Source: Nanobdellota archaeon (GTDB lineage: Archaea > Nanobdellota > Nanobdellia > Parvarchaeales > Parvarchaeaceae). Taken from it: 64,000 nucleotides of DNA. Under the pieces are notes generated by a model. That model ran no database searches. It saw nothing but the letters and a program-made list of their open reading frames with translations, and was not told the origin of the DNA. Of the stretch, positions 1 to 10,178 are shown piece after piece. Position numbers and translations under genes: made by a program. Position 1 is the first letter of the stretch, and the number at the start of each line of letters is the position of its first letter. The stretch spans positions 1,111 to 65,110 of the forward strand of contig JAJZIX010000003.1 in assembly GCA_021810345.1 (NCBI GenBank), read 5' to 3'.

Positions 1-1285
1 CATCACCCAGTTTTGAAAAGGTGGCTCTGATCTGACCAAACAAAGTACTCTTTATGGCCTTTAGATAATAGTTTGTGGAGATTATTACGCCAATAAGCCC
101 GATCAACGATATCGGCAAGACGCTGTATGCACCCAAAAACACTAGAAGCTCCCCTACGAAGTTCGAAAGTCCCGGCACACCCATAACCGCAAGGACTGAA
201 AAAACGAAAAAGAACGACAAGACCGGCATCTTCGACGCAAGGCCGCCCATCTTGCTCATATCGTATGTACCCGTCCTGTCATACAGCTCCGCGGACAATA
301 TGAACAGCAAGGCTATTATGAATGAATGGCTTACTATCAGAAGCACCGCTCCATCCACTCCAAAAGTAGTGAGGCTGGATATCCCTATGAATATCAAGGC
401 CATGTATATCATACTCGAATACGAAAAAAGCCTTTTTAGATCGCGCTGGGCGGTTGCGACTATTGATATGTAAATCACAGTGAGTAAGCCTATCGCAATC
501 AGGAAGGGCTGTGCACCCGACATCGCTGATGGTATCATCTCAAAGCCGAAGATTATCAGCGCGAACCCCCCCATCTTTGAAAGAAGGCTTGAGAGCAGTA
601 TTGTTCCCGACGTTGGGGCGGAGGTATACGCATCCGGCAGCCATGCATGCAGTGGGAAAAGCGGCATCTTTATCAGGACCGTCACAAGCAACAGGGATAA
701 TATAATGTATTGTATACCTATGGGAATCAGCGCAGAAAGCTGTTGTATCACTCCTAGATTAAAGCTGCCCGTGTAGCTGAAGAAAAGTATGAACACGGCC
801 AGCAGGGTAAGGCTGCTAAGCTGGGTAAAGACAAGGAATTTTATGCTTGCGCCCTTTCTTGTTTTTTGATCACCCCAAAATGCTATTATAAAGAAAAGCG
901 AGAGGACTGCCGCCTCCCAAAAGATGAAAAGGAGGATAAGATTGTAGGATATGAACACTGAGATCAACGAGGCATAAGCCAGGAGATAAAATATGTAAAA
1001 CAACGTCTTGTTCTGCTTTATTTCCTTGTGAGCAGTCCAGAGAACCGCAGCCGGCACGACGACGGCTATCAGCATAAAAGGCAGGCTGAATCCATTCAGT
1101 TGCAGAGAAAACGAGAAGTCTATGCTGCTTACAAGCTGAACGGATATGCTTTTGAAACCAAACACCAGTCCGGAAAAGAACAGAACGACGGACGCTAATA
1201 TAACGGATGCTACTATTTTTTCTTCGCTGAGCCTGCACTTCAGGAAGGTGTTTACTATTAGCGCTATTACCCCAATCAGCGCCAT
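1..1285 (-). CDS. nuoM: NADH-quinone oxidoreductase subunit M, partial; C-terminus lies beyond the window start
   Basis: I translated the minus strand by hand. ATG is at 1285-1283 and the frame stays open to position 1. The product begins MALIGVIALIVNTFLKC and contains PLFPLHAWLPDAYTSAP and GGLASKMP...GLSNFVGELLVF, which are typical NuoM/ND4 motifs. It is absent from the ORF track because it runs off the edge. Confidence 0.8.
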   Translation of the reverse strand, partial: MALIGVIALIVNTFLKCRLSEEKIVASVILASVVLFFSGLVFGFKSISVQLVSSIDFSFSLQLNGFSLPFMLIAVVVPAAVLWTAHKEIKQNKTLFYIFYLLAYASLISVFISYNLILLFIFWEAAVLSLFFIIAFWGDQKTRKGASIKFLVFTQLSSLTLLAVFILFFSYTGSFNLGVIQQLSALIPIGIQYIILSLLLVTVLIKMPLFPLHAWLPDAYTSAPTSGTILLSSLLSKMGGFALIIFGFEMIPSAMSGAQPFLIAIGLLTVIYISIVATAQRDLKRLFSYSSMIYMALIFIGISSLTTFGVDGAVLLIVSHSFIIALLFILSAELYDRTGTYDMSKMGGLASKMPVLSFFFVFSVLAVMGVPGLSNFVGELLVFLGAYSVLPISLIGLIGVIISTNYYLKAIKSTLFGQIRATFSKLGD

Positions 1286-1308
1286 GAGCAAAAATGAGAA
1301 TAGGTATA

Positions 1309-3051
1309 TCATACAAAGACCACCGCAACAGCAATTATTATCACCAGCCCGAGCAGAACCGCTGCAACGTAGGCGGTAGCATCTCCATTCTCTATTGCCC
1401 TTGAAGCTGAGGCTAATGAGATGAAGCCCTCACCAAGCCTTGAAAACAGCCTTATAAAAGCGTCATCAACGCGCCCGATCCACACCGCGAACAACATAAA
1501 TGAACCCCCAAAGGCAGTGATAATCTTATCCCATCCGTATTTTGACAAATTAACCGAAGCTGCTTTCGACCTTGACACTGCCGAAGGCAGCCTGCTTCTT
1601 GAGAACAATTCAAACGCAACGTATACTCCAAGAAGCGAGGCGATCACGGATATCACAGAAAACGCATCAAACGAATAGTTGATTAATATGACTCCACTAA
1701 AATAGAACAACAGCACCCCGCCCAGGATTGATATGGCCGACAAGATTATTATTGGGATATAAGCATACATGTTTTTGATAGGCCTCGGCCCCGATCCTTT
1801 CCCAAATGCCACAAACAGCGCCCTGAATGAGAACAAGGCGGTCAAAAAGGACAATAGCAGGAAGATTAAGCTGTCCGCGAGGGTGAAATTCGCAGAAACC
1901 CCTAAGTGAGCAAAAAAGCTCATGAACGGCGGAAGACCAGCTATAGACGAGAAACCAATGATCGCAGGCACGAAAAGCCAGCCCTTGTTCTTCTTTGAAG
2001 ATTTTAGCTTGTAGATATCATAGCTTCCAAAAAGGACCATTAGCGCGCCAGCTATGAAAAACAACAAAGACTTGAATATAGCATGGGTAAACAGGTAGAA
2101 GATTGCGCCGCCAGCGTTCGCGGTTGCAGCTGCTATAAACATGAATGAAAGGCTTTCTATAGTCGAATATGCAAGTATGCGTTTGAGATGTACTTCCTTA
2201 AGCGCAAGCAGCGCGGCAAGGAAAGCGGTGAAAAACCCAAATGACAGTATTACGATACCGAAGCCTGCTTCTATAAAAAGAGGCAGCATCAGAACCAATA
2301 GGAAAGCACCTGCAGCGACCATGGTCGCAGAATGAAGCAGGGCACTGACCGGAGTTGGGCCCTCCATTGCGTCGACAAGCCACGTGTAGAACGGGAACTG
2401 CGCAGATTTTGATATTACAGCTATGAAAAGGAGTGAAGCCACGATAGATAGAGTTGCCGGGCCAATTGCACTTACATCGGCTAGTATAGTGCTTATCGAG
2501 AATGTCCTGAGCGTGACAAAAAGCACAACTAAGGCGGCGAAGAATGCTATATCGCCTATCCTTGTAAGCAGAAGCGCTTTCTTGCCGGCTGAAGCCGGTG
2601 CTTCCCTCCCATACCAAAAGCCTATCAGGAGGTAAGAAGTTACTCCTACCAGCTCCCAAAAAACGTAGAACAGAAGAAGGCTGTTCGACAGCACAAGTCC
2701 TAGCATTGAAAAGATGAAAAGGGACATTTCCGAATAGTACCTGCGCTGTGGCTCATCTCTCATGTAGAAATTGGAGAAAACCAGTACTAGAAGCGAGATA
2801 AATGACACGAGAATTGCCATGAAAAGCGTAAGGTTGGAAGCTGACATCGACAGCGTGAACTTTATGCTGCCGGAAGTGAACCATGTTACGGATTCAATAG
2901 CCGGCCTGTTGAAATACTCAAAAAAGAAGAAAGAGGAAAGAGCAAGCGAGATAGCAGCTGCCACCGAGGAGATCAAAAAGCTCTTCTTGCCCGAAACAAA
3001 TGGAATCAATAGAACGGCCAAAAGCATCGGTATCACTATTAGGTATATCAT
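1309..3051 (-). CDS. nuoL: NADH-quinone oxidoreductase subunit L (or an MrpA-like antiporter subunit)
   Basis: 580 aa polytopic membrane protein with YTWLVDAMEGPTPVSALLHSATMVAAGAFLL, a hallmark of the NuoL/M/N family. It sits between nuoK and nuoM. Confidence 0.85.
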   Translation of the reverse strand: MIYLIVIPMLLAVLLIPFVSGKKSFLISSVAAAISLALSSFFFFEYFNRPAIESVTWFTSGSIKFTLSMSASNLTLFMAILVSFISLLVLVFSNFYMRDEPQRRYYSEMSLFIFSMLGLVLSNSLLLFYVFWELVGVTSYLLIGFWYGREAPASAGKKALLLTRIGDIAFFAALVVLFVTLRTFSISTILADVSAIGPATLSIVASLLFIAVISKSAQFPFYTWLVDAMEGPTPVSALLHSATMVAAGAFLLVLMLPLFIEAGFGIVILSFGFFTAFLAALLALKEVHLKRILAYSTIESLSFMFIAAATANAGGAIFYLFTHAIFKSLLFFIAGALMVLFGSYDIYKLKSSKKNKGWLFVPAIIGFSSIAGLPPFMSFFAHLGVSANFTLADSLIFLLLSFLTALFSFRALFVAFGKGSGPRPIKNMYAYIPIIILSAISILGGVLLFYFSGVILINYSFDAFSVISVIASLLGVYVAFELFSRSRLPSAVSRSKAASVNLSKYGWDKIITAFGGSFMLFAVWIGRVDDAFIRLFSRLGEGFISLASASRAIENGDATAYVAAVLLGLVIIIAVAVVFV

Positions 3052-3053
3052 GC

Positions 3054-3356
3054 TTACCCCCTAAACCTCCTCAGCTTTGACAAGAGAACGGAACTTGTTT
3101 TCTTTGAGTAGGCAATCAGCATCCCCACAAAGACTACTGCCTCTAAAACCGCCATTACAAGTATTATAAGTGCATAGCTGGCACCACTGAGTGAGGAAAG
3201 GCTTGCTGATGCGCCTACGAAATTCAGAAGAGCGGCATTTATTATTATCTCTGCAGAGATTAGCATTCCAAAGCCGTTTTTTCTTGACAGCACCCCGTAA
3301 ACGCCTATCGCAAACAGAACCACCGACAGGAATAGAATATAGCTTAATGGCACCAT
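3054..3356 (-). CDS. nuoK: NADH-quinone oxidoreductase subunit K
   Basis: 100 aa with three TM helices. The GVYGVLSRKNGFGMLISAEIIINAALLNFV pattern is NuoK/ND4L-like. It overlaps nuoJ by 1 nt. Confidence 0.8.
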   Translation of the reverse strand: MVPLSYILFLSVVLFAIGVYGVLSRKNGFGMLISAEIIINAALLNFVGASASLSSLSGASYALIILVMAVLEAVVFVGMLIAYSKKTSSVLLSKLRRFRG

Positions 3357-3826
3357 CAGGAACGCTCACCTACAATATACAATGCGGATAACAGGCTGGC
3401 CACACCGGCTATAGCCAAAACAACTAATATTATGCCATAGTTCTGGAAAAGGATCATGCCTAAATTTGAGTAATTCATCGGAGATGAGGCCTGGCTCGCC
3501 GGATATCTCGAGGCCAAGAAAGACAAAAGCACTATCACAGCCACTGGTATAAATATCAGGTATTTCATTCCTTTTCTGCCCATCGACCCTTCTGGCATCA
3601 GGCTTATACCAATCGCCAGAAGAAGGACTATGCCTCCATTGTATATTATAAGCTCGGCGATGCTCAGAAAGACGGCATTCAGATATATGAACATCGAGGC
3701 CATGGAGATTATGAACATGAACAAAAACACGAGTGAATGAACTAGCTTTTTGCTCATTACTATAAGGATGGCAAATAGGATAAGCACCGCTGATAACGCG
3801 AAAAAGCCTACTGTGGATATATCCAT
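3356..3826 (-). CDS. nuoJ: NADH-quinone oxidoreductase subunit J
   Basis: 156 aa hydrophobic protein immediately upstream of nuoK. The ELIIYNGGIVLLLAIG region resembles NuoJ/ND6. Confidence 0.65.
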   Translation of the reverse strand: MDISTVGFFALSAVLILFAILIVMSKKLVHSLVFLFMFIISMASMFIYLNAVFLSIAELIIYNGGIVLLLAIGISLMPEGSMGRKGMKYLIFIPVAVIVLLSFLASRYPASQASSPMNYSNLGMILFQNYGIILVVLAIAGVASLLSALYIVGERS

Positions 3827-3907
3827 ATTCTATTATGCTTCAAAAGAGTTATATACTTTTTTACCGATTTTTTACCCAGCAGGGCCACAAGTAACATATT
3901 TATTTAC

Positions 3908-4786
3908 TTGCTGCCAATAGTTAATATGTTTGGATTCACTATAAAAAACTATGAGAAAGAGTTCGAAACGGACGTGCTTGAAAAGAAGCATGTTTTCTAT
4001 GACCTTTATATAAAAAGCGAGGACCCGCAGCAGCTCAGAAATGAGATGTCTGAGGCAATAACAGACTTTGATTACAAGATATTGCTGAATGAGATGTCCA
4101 AATTTGAGGACAAGGAGCTCGAGGAAACATTCAGAGGAGGCAATGCAAAACCGATAAGGGTGCTGATAAAAAGCGCAAAGGATAACAAGAAAGGATCCAA
4201 ATATCCTCTTCTTTGGAAAACCTGCCTGATACTCGGTATAATAGCGCTTGTGATACTGTTTGCTTCCTACAGAAACTACATATACAATGATTTTACTTCG
4301 GTATCGTATCAGCCATCCAATTTCCTTCTTTATTCGACGATAGGGCTATTTGTGCTGGCATTCATATTCTTCATGATAAAGAAGGTAGTACCGATGTATC
4401 TGTGGGCCAAGATAATCGGGGTATATGACCCTACCGAACAATCCGCAAACGTGCGCATTGTCATCGCAGGAGATTGCAAGTTCAAGGATAAGGACTCATA
4501 CGCAAAGCTGGAGAGCGACATGACGGAGCTTTACAGCGAGCTCTCTAGAAAATATGGCAACAAGCTGGACAAGAGGCAGATCTCCCAGAGCGTAACAAGT
4601 ACCCTTGGAGCCGGCAGCCTCCACAACCTAAACTCGAAGCTGAGGGACGCAGAGAAAGAATCCGCCGACCTTGAGAGGAACTTTGTCGCTGGCAAGATAA
4701 GCGAGGATCAGTACAAGAGCCTAAAATCATCGATAGAAGCGAAGAAAGCGCAGCTTGAGACTCTGTTTGACCTCATAAACGGCTGA
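3908..4786 (+). CDS. hypothetical membrane protein with a C-terminal SHOCT-like coiled-coil domain
   Basis: 292 aa with two central TM helices. The C-terminus FVAGKISEDQYKSLKSSIEAKKAQLE resembles the SHOCT short C-terminal domain. Confidence 0.55.
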   Translation: MLPIVNMFGFTIKNYEKEFETDVLEKKHVFYDLYIKSEDPQQLRNEMSEAITDFDYKILLNEMSKFEDKELEETFRGGNAKPIRVLIKSAKDNKKGSKYPLLWKTCLILGIIALVILFASYRNYIYNDFTSVSYQPSNFLLYSTIGLFVLAFIFFMIKKVVPMYLWAKIIGVYDPTEQSANVRIVIAGDCKFKDKDSYAKLESDMTELYSELSRKYGNKLDKRQISQSVTSTLGAGSLHNLNSKLRDAEKESADLERNFVAGKISEDQYKSLKSSIEAKKAQLETLFDLING

Positions 4787-4838
4787 AGCAGCGGTATTCT
4801 GAAAGATTTATATACCTGCCTTACAATAAATAAGCAAT

Positions 4839-5219
4839 ATGTCAAAAACAACTGCGCCGTCTCTCAGGAAAAAGGGTGGAGGCCTTAAGGGGATAAGGAA
4901 GAGCAAGAGAAAAAGCGAGTCAATAGGTGCCGCAGTACCCATACAGATAGGCGACAAGAAGATAAAGACCCATAGGGGGCTTGGCGGTTCAATCAGGACT
5001 GTTGCACTGCAGGTAAATGAAGGCAACATGTTCGATCCAAAGACGAAAAAATTCTCAAAAGTCAAGCTTATTAATGTGGTTGAAAACAAAGCAAACCGCG
5101 CTTATGCAAGGAGAAACATAATAAATAAGGGCAGCGTCATTGAAACCTCCGAGGGAAAAGCAGTCGTAGTCAACAGGCCTGGAAAGGCTGGCCAGGTCAC
5201 ACTGGTAAAACAGGAATGA
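4839..5219 (+). CDS. rps8e: 30S ribosomal protein S8e
   Basis: 126 aa basic protein. SLRKKGGG...KRKSE...DPKTKKFSKVKLINVVENKANRAYARRNIINKG matches the S8e family. Confidence 0.8.
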   Translation: MSKTTAPSLRKKGGGLKGIRKSKRKSESIGAAVPIQIGDKKIKTHRGLGGSIRTVALQVNEGNMFDPKTKKFSKVKLINVVENKANRAYARRNIINKGSVIETSEGKAVVVNRPGKAGQVTLVKQE

Positions 5220-5248
5220 TTAAATAGCGGCAGGCTTTAATAATCTGC

Positions 5249-7549
5249 ATGAGCTTGAATTTTGATAGGTTTGAGGGATTTATTAGGAGATACCACAAAA
5301 TCATAATCATAATTTGGCTAGTTGCTTTTGTTGCTTCGATACCGCTCGCAGTACACTTGTTTAGTATAGTCTCATACAATATAACCGGTGGGTCTGCATC
5401 AAATAACAGCAGCTTCAACAGCACCCAGCTTGTGGTCACTGTCAGCAGCAACGTGTACTCGCCACAGGTAAAGCAGCTGCTTTTCAATGTAAGCGGCAAG
5501 TTTGGTGAAGGAAATGTGGACTCTATATACACAGTAGAGTATTCGGTGATTAACTCCAGCTATACCCTGATAAAACAACTGTCATACCCGCAGATTCTCG
5601 CTGCTTACAGAGAGTACAACGTAACGGGGAGTACGATCAGCAGCACACTGAATGACAGCATAATAAGCGCTGTCGCCAGCGGCATATCCAGCAGGCTTGA
5701 GAACTCGACAGAAATCAGGACTGGTGCGAATGTGTATGGGTTTGTCATCGGGGTTATAAAAGGATACTCCAATTCAACCCCCTCTTATGTTCTTTCAAAC
5801 GAGAACTTCAGCACCTATCCCCTGCTTCCCCCCCAGACTACACTATCAACGCTGGTAAACGGCGATCATAACACTACTCTGTTCGCTGTAAGCGACACAA
5901 GCTACAGTTACCTGTCATCGTACATAAGCAACCAGTCTGCAGGCAGGAACCTGACATCTTATGTGACGGGAGGAGCAGGGCTCACCAAGAACATAGAGAC
6001 CGAAACCCAGACAGGGACGCTTCTGGCTATATTACTTGGGATAATTGCTGTTATAATAATAACCGGGCTGATATTCCGCTCTCCGGTTGCTGCTTTTGTG
6101 CCGATAGCGATATTCGGCGTTGATGTCACTATAGCCTATTCGCTATTCTACATCGTTTTCCACTCATTGCTCCATACAACGATCTCATTCTTTGATCCAG
6201 CCCTTACATCGATACTGATGCTCGGAGTCTCGACGGATTACCTTGTTTATATGCTGTACAGGTACAGACAAGAGAAAAACAATCCTAACGGAAAGACAAT
6301 AGGCAGGACGATAAAGGGTGCCGGAGCGGCAATAGCAGTCAGCGGCACCACAATAATAGTGGCATATGCGGTTCTTTCCTCGTTCAAGCTCACATTTCTT
6401 GGAGCAACGGGCGAATTAAACGCAATAGGGGTTTTCATAGTCCTGCTATCCGCGATAACATTTCTTCCTGCGATGATGTTCCTGCTTGGCGACAGACTAT
6501 TGTACCCAAACAGAAAATATTATGCAAAATATGAGGGGAAGTTCCGCAGACTCGCGGACTTCGAGTATACAAACCGCAAGAAAATCATAGCAATATTTGT
6601 CGTTATAATAGCAGTCTGCCTCTATGTATTTGTGACAATTCCGCCGGGGCTGAATTTTCTTGGCTTATTGCCAAACTCACAAGCCAAACAGGCTTTCTAT
6701 GTGGCCACAAACAACTTTGGGTACGATCCAATTGACCCTATTTCTATTAGCTTCTCGAGCCAGAACGCCAGCATTGCGACAATAGCCAGCCATATAGAAT
6801 CCATACAAAACGTACATTCAGTAATTCAATCTTCGGCAAGCCAGCCAGACCTTCTAGTTTACTTAAATCCAATAGCGTTTTCAAGGCCTGCGCTCTCGGC
6901 TTACAACAATATAAATTCATATTTGAGCACCAGCGGACTAAACTACACTATAAGCGGCACCCAGGTTTTCCTAGGCTCTGCACTGGACTCGATTAATTCC
7001 ACAACGCCGACGCTCATAATAGTGCTTGGCCTGGTTATATTTGCGCTCCTCTCTATTATACTGTTCTCTTTATACACTCCTATAAGGCTTGTGCTTCTGT
7101 TGATATCGATGATAATAGCCGCAAACGCGCTTACAGTATTCTTATTTTCATTTGTATTCTCGCTGCCGTTCATAGCAATAGCACAGGTATTCTTGATAAC
7201 CAATATGATGGGAGTCGGAGTTGATTACGATATATTCCTAGTGATGAGGATACGGGAAAGTACTAGAGAAGGAATGGAGGACTCAAAGGCGATAAAGGAG
7301 GGGCTTTCAAAGAGCGGACCTATAATAATAAGTATAGGTGCTATCTTCTCCATGGTGTTTTTCTCGCTTACAGGCAGTGGAGTACCTATAATAGCGGAGG
7401 TAGGATTTATAGTGGGAGCAGGCATACTGCTAGATTCGATCATATCGATAACTATTTTAGTACCGTCTATAATGTATTTATTGGATAAGTATAATTGGTG
7501 GCCGGGCAACAAGCATGGGCGTATTAAAAGACATACTAAGCAGGATTAA
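5249..7549 (+). CDS. MMPL/RND-superfamily membrane transporter
   Basis: 766 aa with two TM bundles, each followed by a large extracytoplasmic domain. Contains an MMPL-like GVGVDYDIFLVMRIRE motif. The ectodomain is dense in N-x-S/T sequons. Confidence 0.75.
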   Translation: MSLNFDRFEGFIRRYHKIIIIIWLVAFVASIPLAVHLFSIVSYNITGGSASNNSSFNSTQLVVTVSSNVYSPQVKQLLFNVSGKFGEGNVDSIYTVEYSVINSSYTLIKQLSYPQILAAYREYNVTGSTISSTLNDSIISAVASGISSRLENSTEIRTGANVYGFVIGVIKGYSNSTPSYVLSNENFSTYPLLPPQTTLSTLVNGDHNTTLFAVSDTSYSYLSSYISNQSAGRNLTSYVTGGAGLTKNIETETQTGTLLAILLGIIAVIIITGLIFRSPVAAFVPIAIFGVDVTIAYSLFYIVFHSLLHTTISFFDPALTSILMLGVSTDYLVYMLYRYRQEKNNPNGKTIGRTIKGAGAAIAVSGTTIIVAYAVLSSFKLTFLGATGELNAIGVFIVLLSAITFLPAMMFLLGDRLLYPNRKYYAKYEGKFRRLADFEYTNRKKIIAIFVVIIAVCLYVFVTIPPGLNFLGLLPNSQAKQAFYVATNNFGYDPIDPISISFSSQNASIATIASHIESIQNVHSVIQSSASQPDLLVYLNPIAFSRPALSAYNNINSYLSTSGLNYTISGTQVFLGSALDSINSTTPTLIIVLGLVIFALLSIILFSLYTPIRLVLLLISMIIAANALTVFLFSFVFSLPFIAIAQVFLITNMMGVGVDYDIFLVMRIRESTREGMEDSKAIKEGLSKSGPIIISIGAIFSMVFFSLTGSGVPIIAEVGFIVGAGILLDSIISITILVPSIMYLLDKYNWWPGNKHGRIKRHTKQD

Positions 7550-8285
7550 AGGGGAGAAAACCATCGCGGTGGTCAATGATAAAGACAGCATAATTTCAAT
7601 CACAGACAATGGCGAGAGCAAGTCAATGAAGTTAGATGGGTGGACTTACTCCAGGTTCGACAAAAAGAAAATATACACTTTCTCTTACTGGGATTATTTT
7701 ATACCACTGCCCTCACTCTTTAAAGATCCAAATATGCTGATGATAGGCCTTGGTGGGGGGACAATAATAAGACAGTTAAATGCAATATATGGTCCTAGTT
7801 TTAAGATGGATGTGGTGGAGATAAGCCAAAAGGTGATAGATCTATCCAGAAAATATTTCGGAGACTTCCCTCCCGAGGTAAACGTGATTAATGGAGACGG
7901 CGCAAAATTCATAGAGGACAAAACCCCCCAATACGACATCATAATTCTGGATGCTTATGATAAGATAGAGATACCAAAAGTATTCTTGGAGCAAGACTTC
8001 ATCAATGATGCGTACAATGCGCTAAAAAACAAAGGAGTATTAGCTATAAACTATGCGCTGCTGATAAAATCGACTATAATACTCGGCTCATTCATCAGTA
8101 GGCTGAAAAAGCTGTTTGGTTCGGTTTATAAGGTGAGCTTTGGTATGGAGAGCGGCAACATAATGATATTATGCTCAAAAAACATGGACAAAAAGGAGAT
8201 CCAGTCTCTTGTCGGTTCAAGGTTTAGCTCAGTCCCGGAAGCTAAGCATATATTGAATGCTTACTTAGATATGTCTGAGAAGTAA
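7515..8285 (+). CDS. spermidine/spermine synthase-family (PABS-like) methyltransferase-fold protein
   Basis: MIGLGGGTIIRQL...VVEISQKVIDLSRKYF...INGDGAKFIED...YDIIILDAYD matches the spermidine synthase fold. Overlaps the upstream gene by 35 nt. Confidence 0.6.
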   Translation: MGVLKDILSRIKGEKTIAVVNDKDSIISITDNGESKSMKLDGWTYSRFDKKKIYTFSYWDYFIPLPSLFKDPNMLMIGLGGGTIIRQLNAIYGPSFKMDVVEISQKVIDLSRKYFGDFPPEVNVINGDGAKFIEDKTPQYDIIILDAYDKIEIPKVFLEQDFINDAYNALKNKGVLAINYALLIKSTIILGSFISRLKKLFGSVYKVSFGMESGNIMILCSKNMDKKEIQSLVGSRFSSVPEAKHILNAYLDMSEK

Positions 8286-8286
8286 C

Positions 8287-9756
8287 ATGGAAAAAGAAGT
8301 TTCAAAGAGACCCGCATTCTCCCAAGTATCGGATTATTCATTTGATATGCCTGTTTCATACATGCGCGGGATGCGTGTGCCAGCCAGGGTATACGCAGAC
8401 AAAACTCTGCTCAAGGAGATGGATACCAGAGTATTCGAGCAGATTGCAAATGTATCATCTCTGCCAGGAATAGTGGAGCATTCTCTCGTAATGCCGGATG
8501 GCCACAGTGGGTATGGCTTCCCTATAGGCGGGGTAGCTGCTTTTGATCCAGATGATGGGGGGATTATATCTCCTGGGGGTATAGGATTTGATATAAACTG
8601 CGGCATGAGGCTGGTTCTAACCAACCTTACGCTTGATGAGGTAAAACCGAAAATAAAGGAGCTGGTTGATCTTCTTTTCAGCCGCATCCCGACAGGTGTA
8701 GGCAACTCCAGCAAGTTGAACATAAGCAAGGATGACTTCAAGATGCTAGCAGCTGAAGGAAGCAAGTGGGCGGTCAAAAAGGGATTCGCATATGAGAGTG
8801 ATTTGAAGACAACGGAGCTTGGCGGCAGCGCGGACTGGGCGGATCCGTCAAAAATATCCGATAAAGCTATAGCGAGGGGTTTGAAGCAGATTGGCACGCT
8901 CGGCTCCGGAAACCACTATCTTGAGGTGCAGTACGTAAAGCCAGAAAACATTATTGATGAGAAAATCGCGAAAAGGTGGGGGCTCTTCCCGAATCAGATT
9001 GTCATAATGCTGCATACCGGGTCTAGGGGAGCGGGCCACCAGATAGCGACAGACTACATAGAAAAGTTTTCAAGGCTCGCTGAATCCGGGAAGGGGATAA
9101 AGGTAAATGATAAGGAGCTTGCCTGCGCCACCTTCCTATCCGAACCTGGCCAGGATTATTACAAAGCAATGGGATGTGGGGTTAACATATCGTTTGCTAA
9201 CAGACAGGTAATAACCCATCAGCTTAGGCAGGCGTTCTCAAAGGTCTTCAAGAAGGATCCGGAAAAATTGGGGATGGAGCTACTGTTCGACGTAGCACAT
9301 AACAGAGCATCAATCGAGAAGCATGCTATCGGAAAAAAAGAGAGGGAATTGCTTATCCACAGAAAAGGCAGCACCGGCGCATATGCTCCCGGAAGGAGAG
9401 AAATCCCGCTCAAATACCGAAAAGACGGCTCGCCCGTTATAATAGGAGGCAGCATGGAAACTGGGTCTTACCTGCTTGTCGGGAGTGATAACTCAGAAGA
9501 GGCCTTCTCAAGCACGTGCCACGGAAGCGGCAGGACTAAAAGCAGATCGCAGGCCAGAAAAAGCACGGATGGCGAGAAGCTATTCAACAGCATGCTCAAG
9601 AGAGGGATATACGTCAAAAGCGCATCATGGTCTGGCCTGGCTGAGGAGAGTGGAGACAGCTATAAGAATATAGACAGGGTCGTTGACATAATAAATTCGG
9701 CCAACATCTCAAGAAAAGTGTGCAAACTGCTGCCATTGGGCAACATAAAGGGGTAG
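8287..9756 (+). CDS. rtcB: tRNA-splicing ligase RtcB
   Basis: 489 aa. GYGFPIGGVAAFD, GIGFDINCGMRL, HNRAS and GSMETGSYLLVG motifs are present. Canonical archaeal RtcB length. Confidence 0.95.
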   Translation: MEKEVSKRPAFSQVSDYSFDMPVSYMRGMRVPARVYADKTLLKEMDTRVFEQIANVSSLPGIVEHSLVMPDGHSGYGFPIGGVAAFDPDDGGIISPGGIGFDINCGMRLVLTNLTLDEVKPKIKELVDLLFSRIPTGVGNSSKLNISKDDFKMLAAEGSKWAVKKGFAYESDLKTTELGGSADWADPSKISDKAIARGLKQIGTLGSGNHYLEVQYVKPENIIDEKIAKRWGLFPNQIVIMLHTGSRGAGHQIATDYIEKFSRLAESGKGIKVNDKELACATFLSEPGQDYYKAMGCGVNISFANRQVITHQLRQAFSKVFKKDPEKLGMELLFDVAHNRASIEKHAIGKKERELLIHRKGSTGAYAPGRREIPLKYRKDGSPVIIGGSMETGSYLLVGSDNSEEAFSSTCHGSGRTKSRSQARKSTDGEKLFNSMLKRGIYVKSASWSGLAEESGDSYKNIDRVVDIINSANISRKVCKLLPLGNIKG

Positions 9757-9758
9757 TG

Positions 9759-10178
9759 ATGGGTTATAGATTTCTGAAGGATATAAGCAGGTCAGACGTA
9801 GCCGTAAGAGTAACTTCGGCTACACTCAGCGGGCTTATAAGCCAGGCAGGCGCTGCGTTCAACAGAACAATGATCATGAAGCCTGGCTCGCTTCCATCGG
9901 ATAATACCAAGAAATTTTCAATATATTTCAAGACTGAGGAGGAGCTGATGTTCAAATTTTTAAATAAGCTGGTATACTACAAAGATGTCAACAACCTCCT
10001 GTTCAGGAGGTTCCAAGTAACCAAAACAAAAGGTCATATGGTGATAGAAGCACGCGGAGGCAGGATAGATCCAGAAAAGATCAAGCCGGTTGTGGACATA
10101 AAGGCTGTTACGATGCACAAATTCTCTGTAGCTAGGAAAAAAGGGAAGTGGAGCATGACTGCTGTATTTGATGTATAA
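9759..10178 (+). CDS. archease (RtcB activator)
   Basis: ATG lies 2 nt after the rtcB stop. The C-terminus IKAVTMHKFSV...GKWSMTAVFDV matches the archease C-terminal signature. The N-terminus YRFLKDISRSDVAVRV is a divergent form of the F-E-HTADIG region. Start refined from the ORF track's 9720. Confidence 0.7.
   Translation: MGYRFLKDISRSDVAVRVTSATLSGLISQAGAAFNRTMIMKPGSLPSDNTKKFSIYFKTEEELMFKFLNKLVYYKDVNNLLFRRFQVTKTKGHMVIEARGGRIDPEKIKPVVDIKAVTMHKFSVARKKGKWSMTAVFDV

Noticed and set aside
75-776. Plus-strand ORFs 75-473, 480-776 and 511-705
   Set aside because: They lie antisense within the hand-translated nuoM reading frame, which has strong NuoM motifs. They are low-complexity artefacts.
870-1334. 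Minus-strand 154-aa ORF
   Set aside because: It is in the wrong frame inside nuoM. The real nuoM frame is open from 1285 to the window start with conserved motifs.
3061-3369. Alternative-frame 102-aa ORF overlapping nuoK
   Set aside because: Cys- and Arg-rich nonsense sequence. The nuoK frame has the expected three-TM hydrophobic profile.
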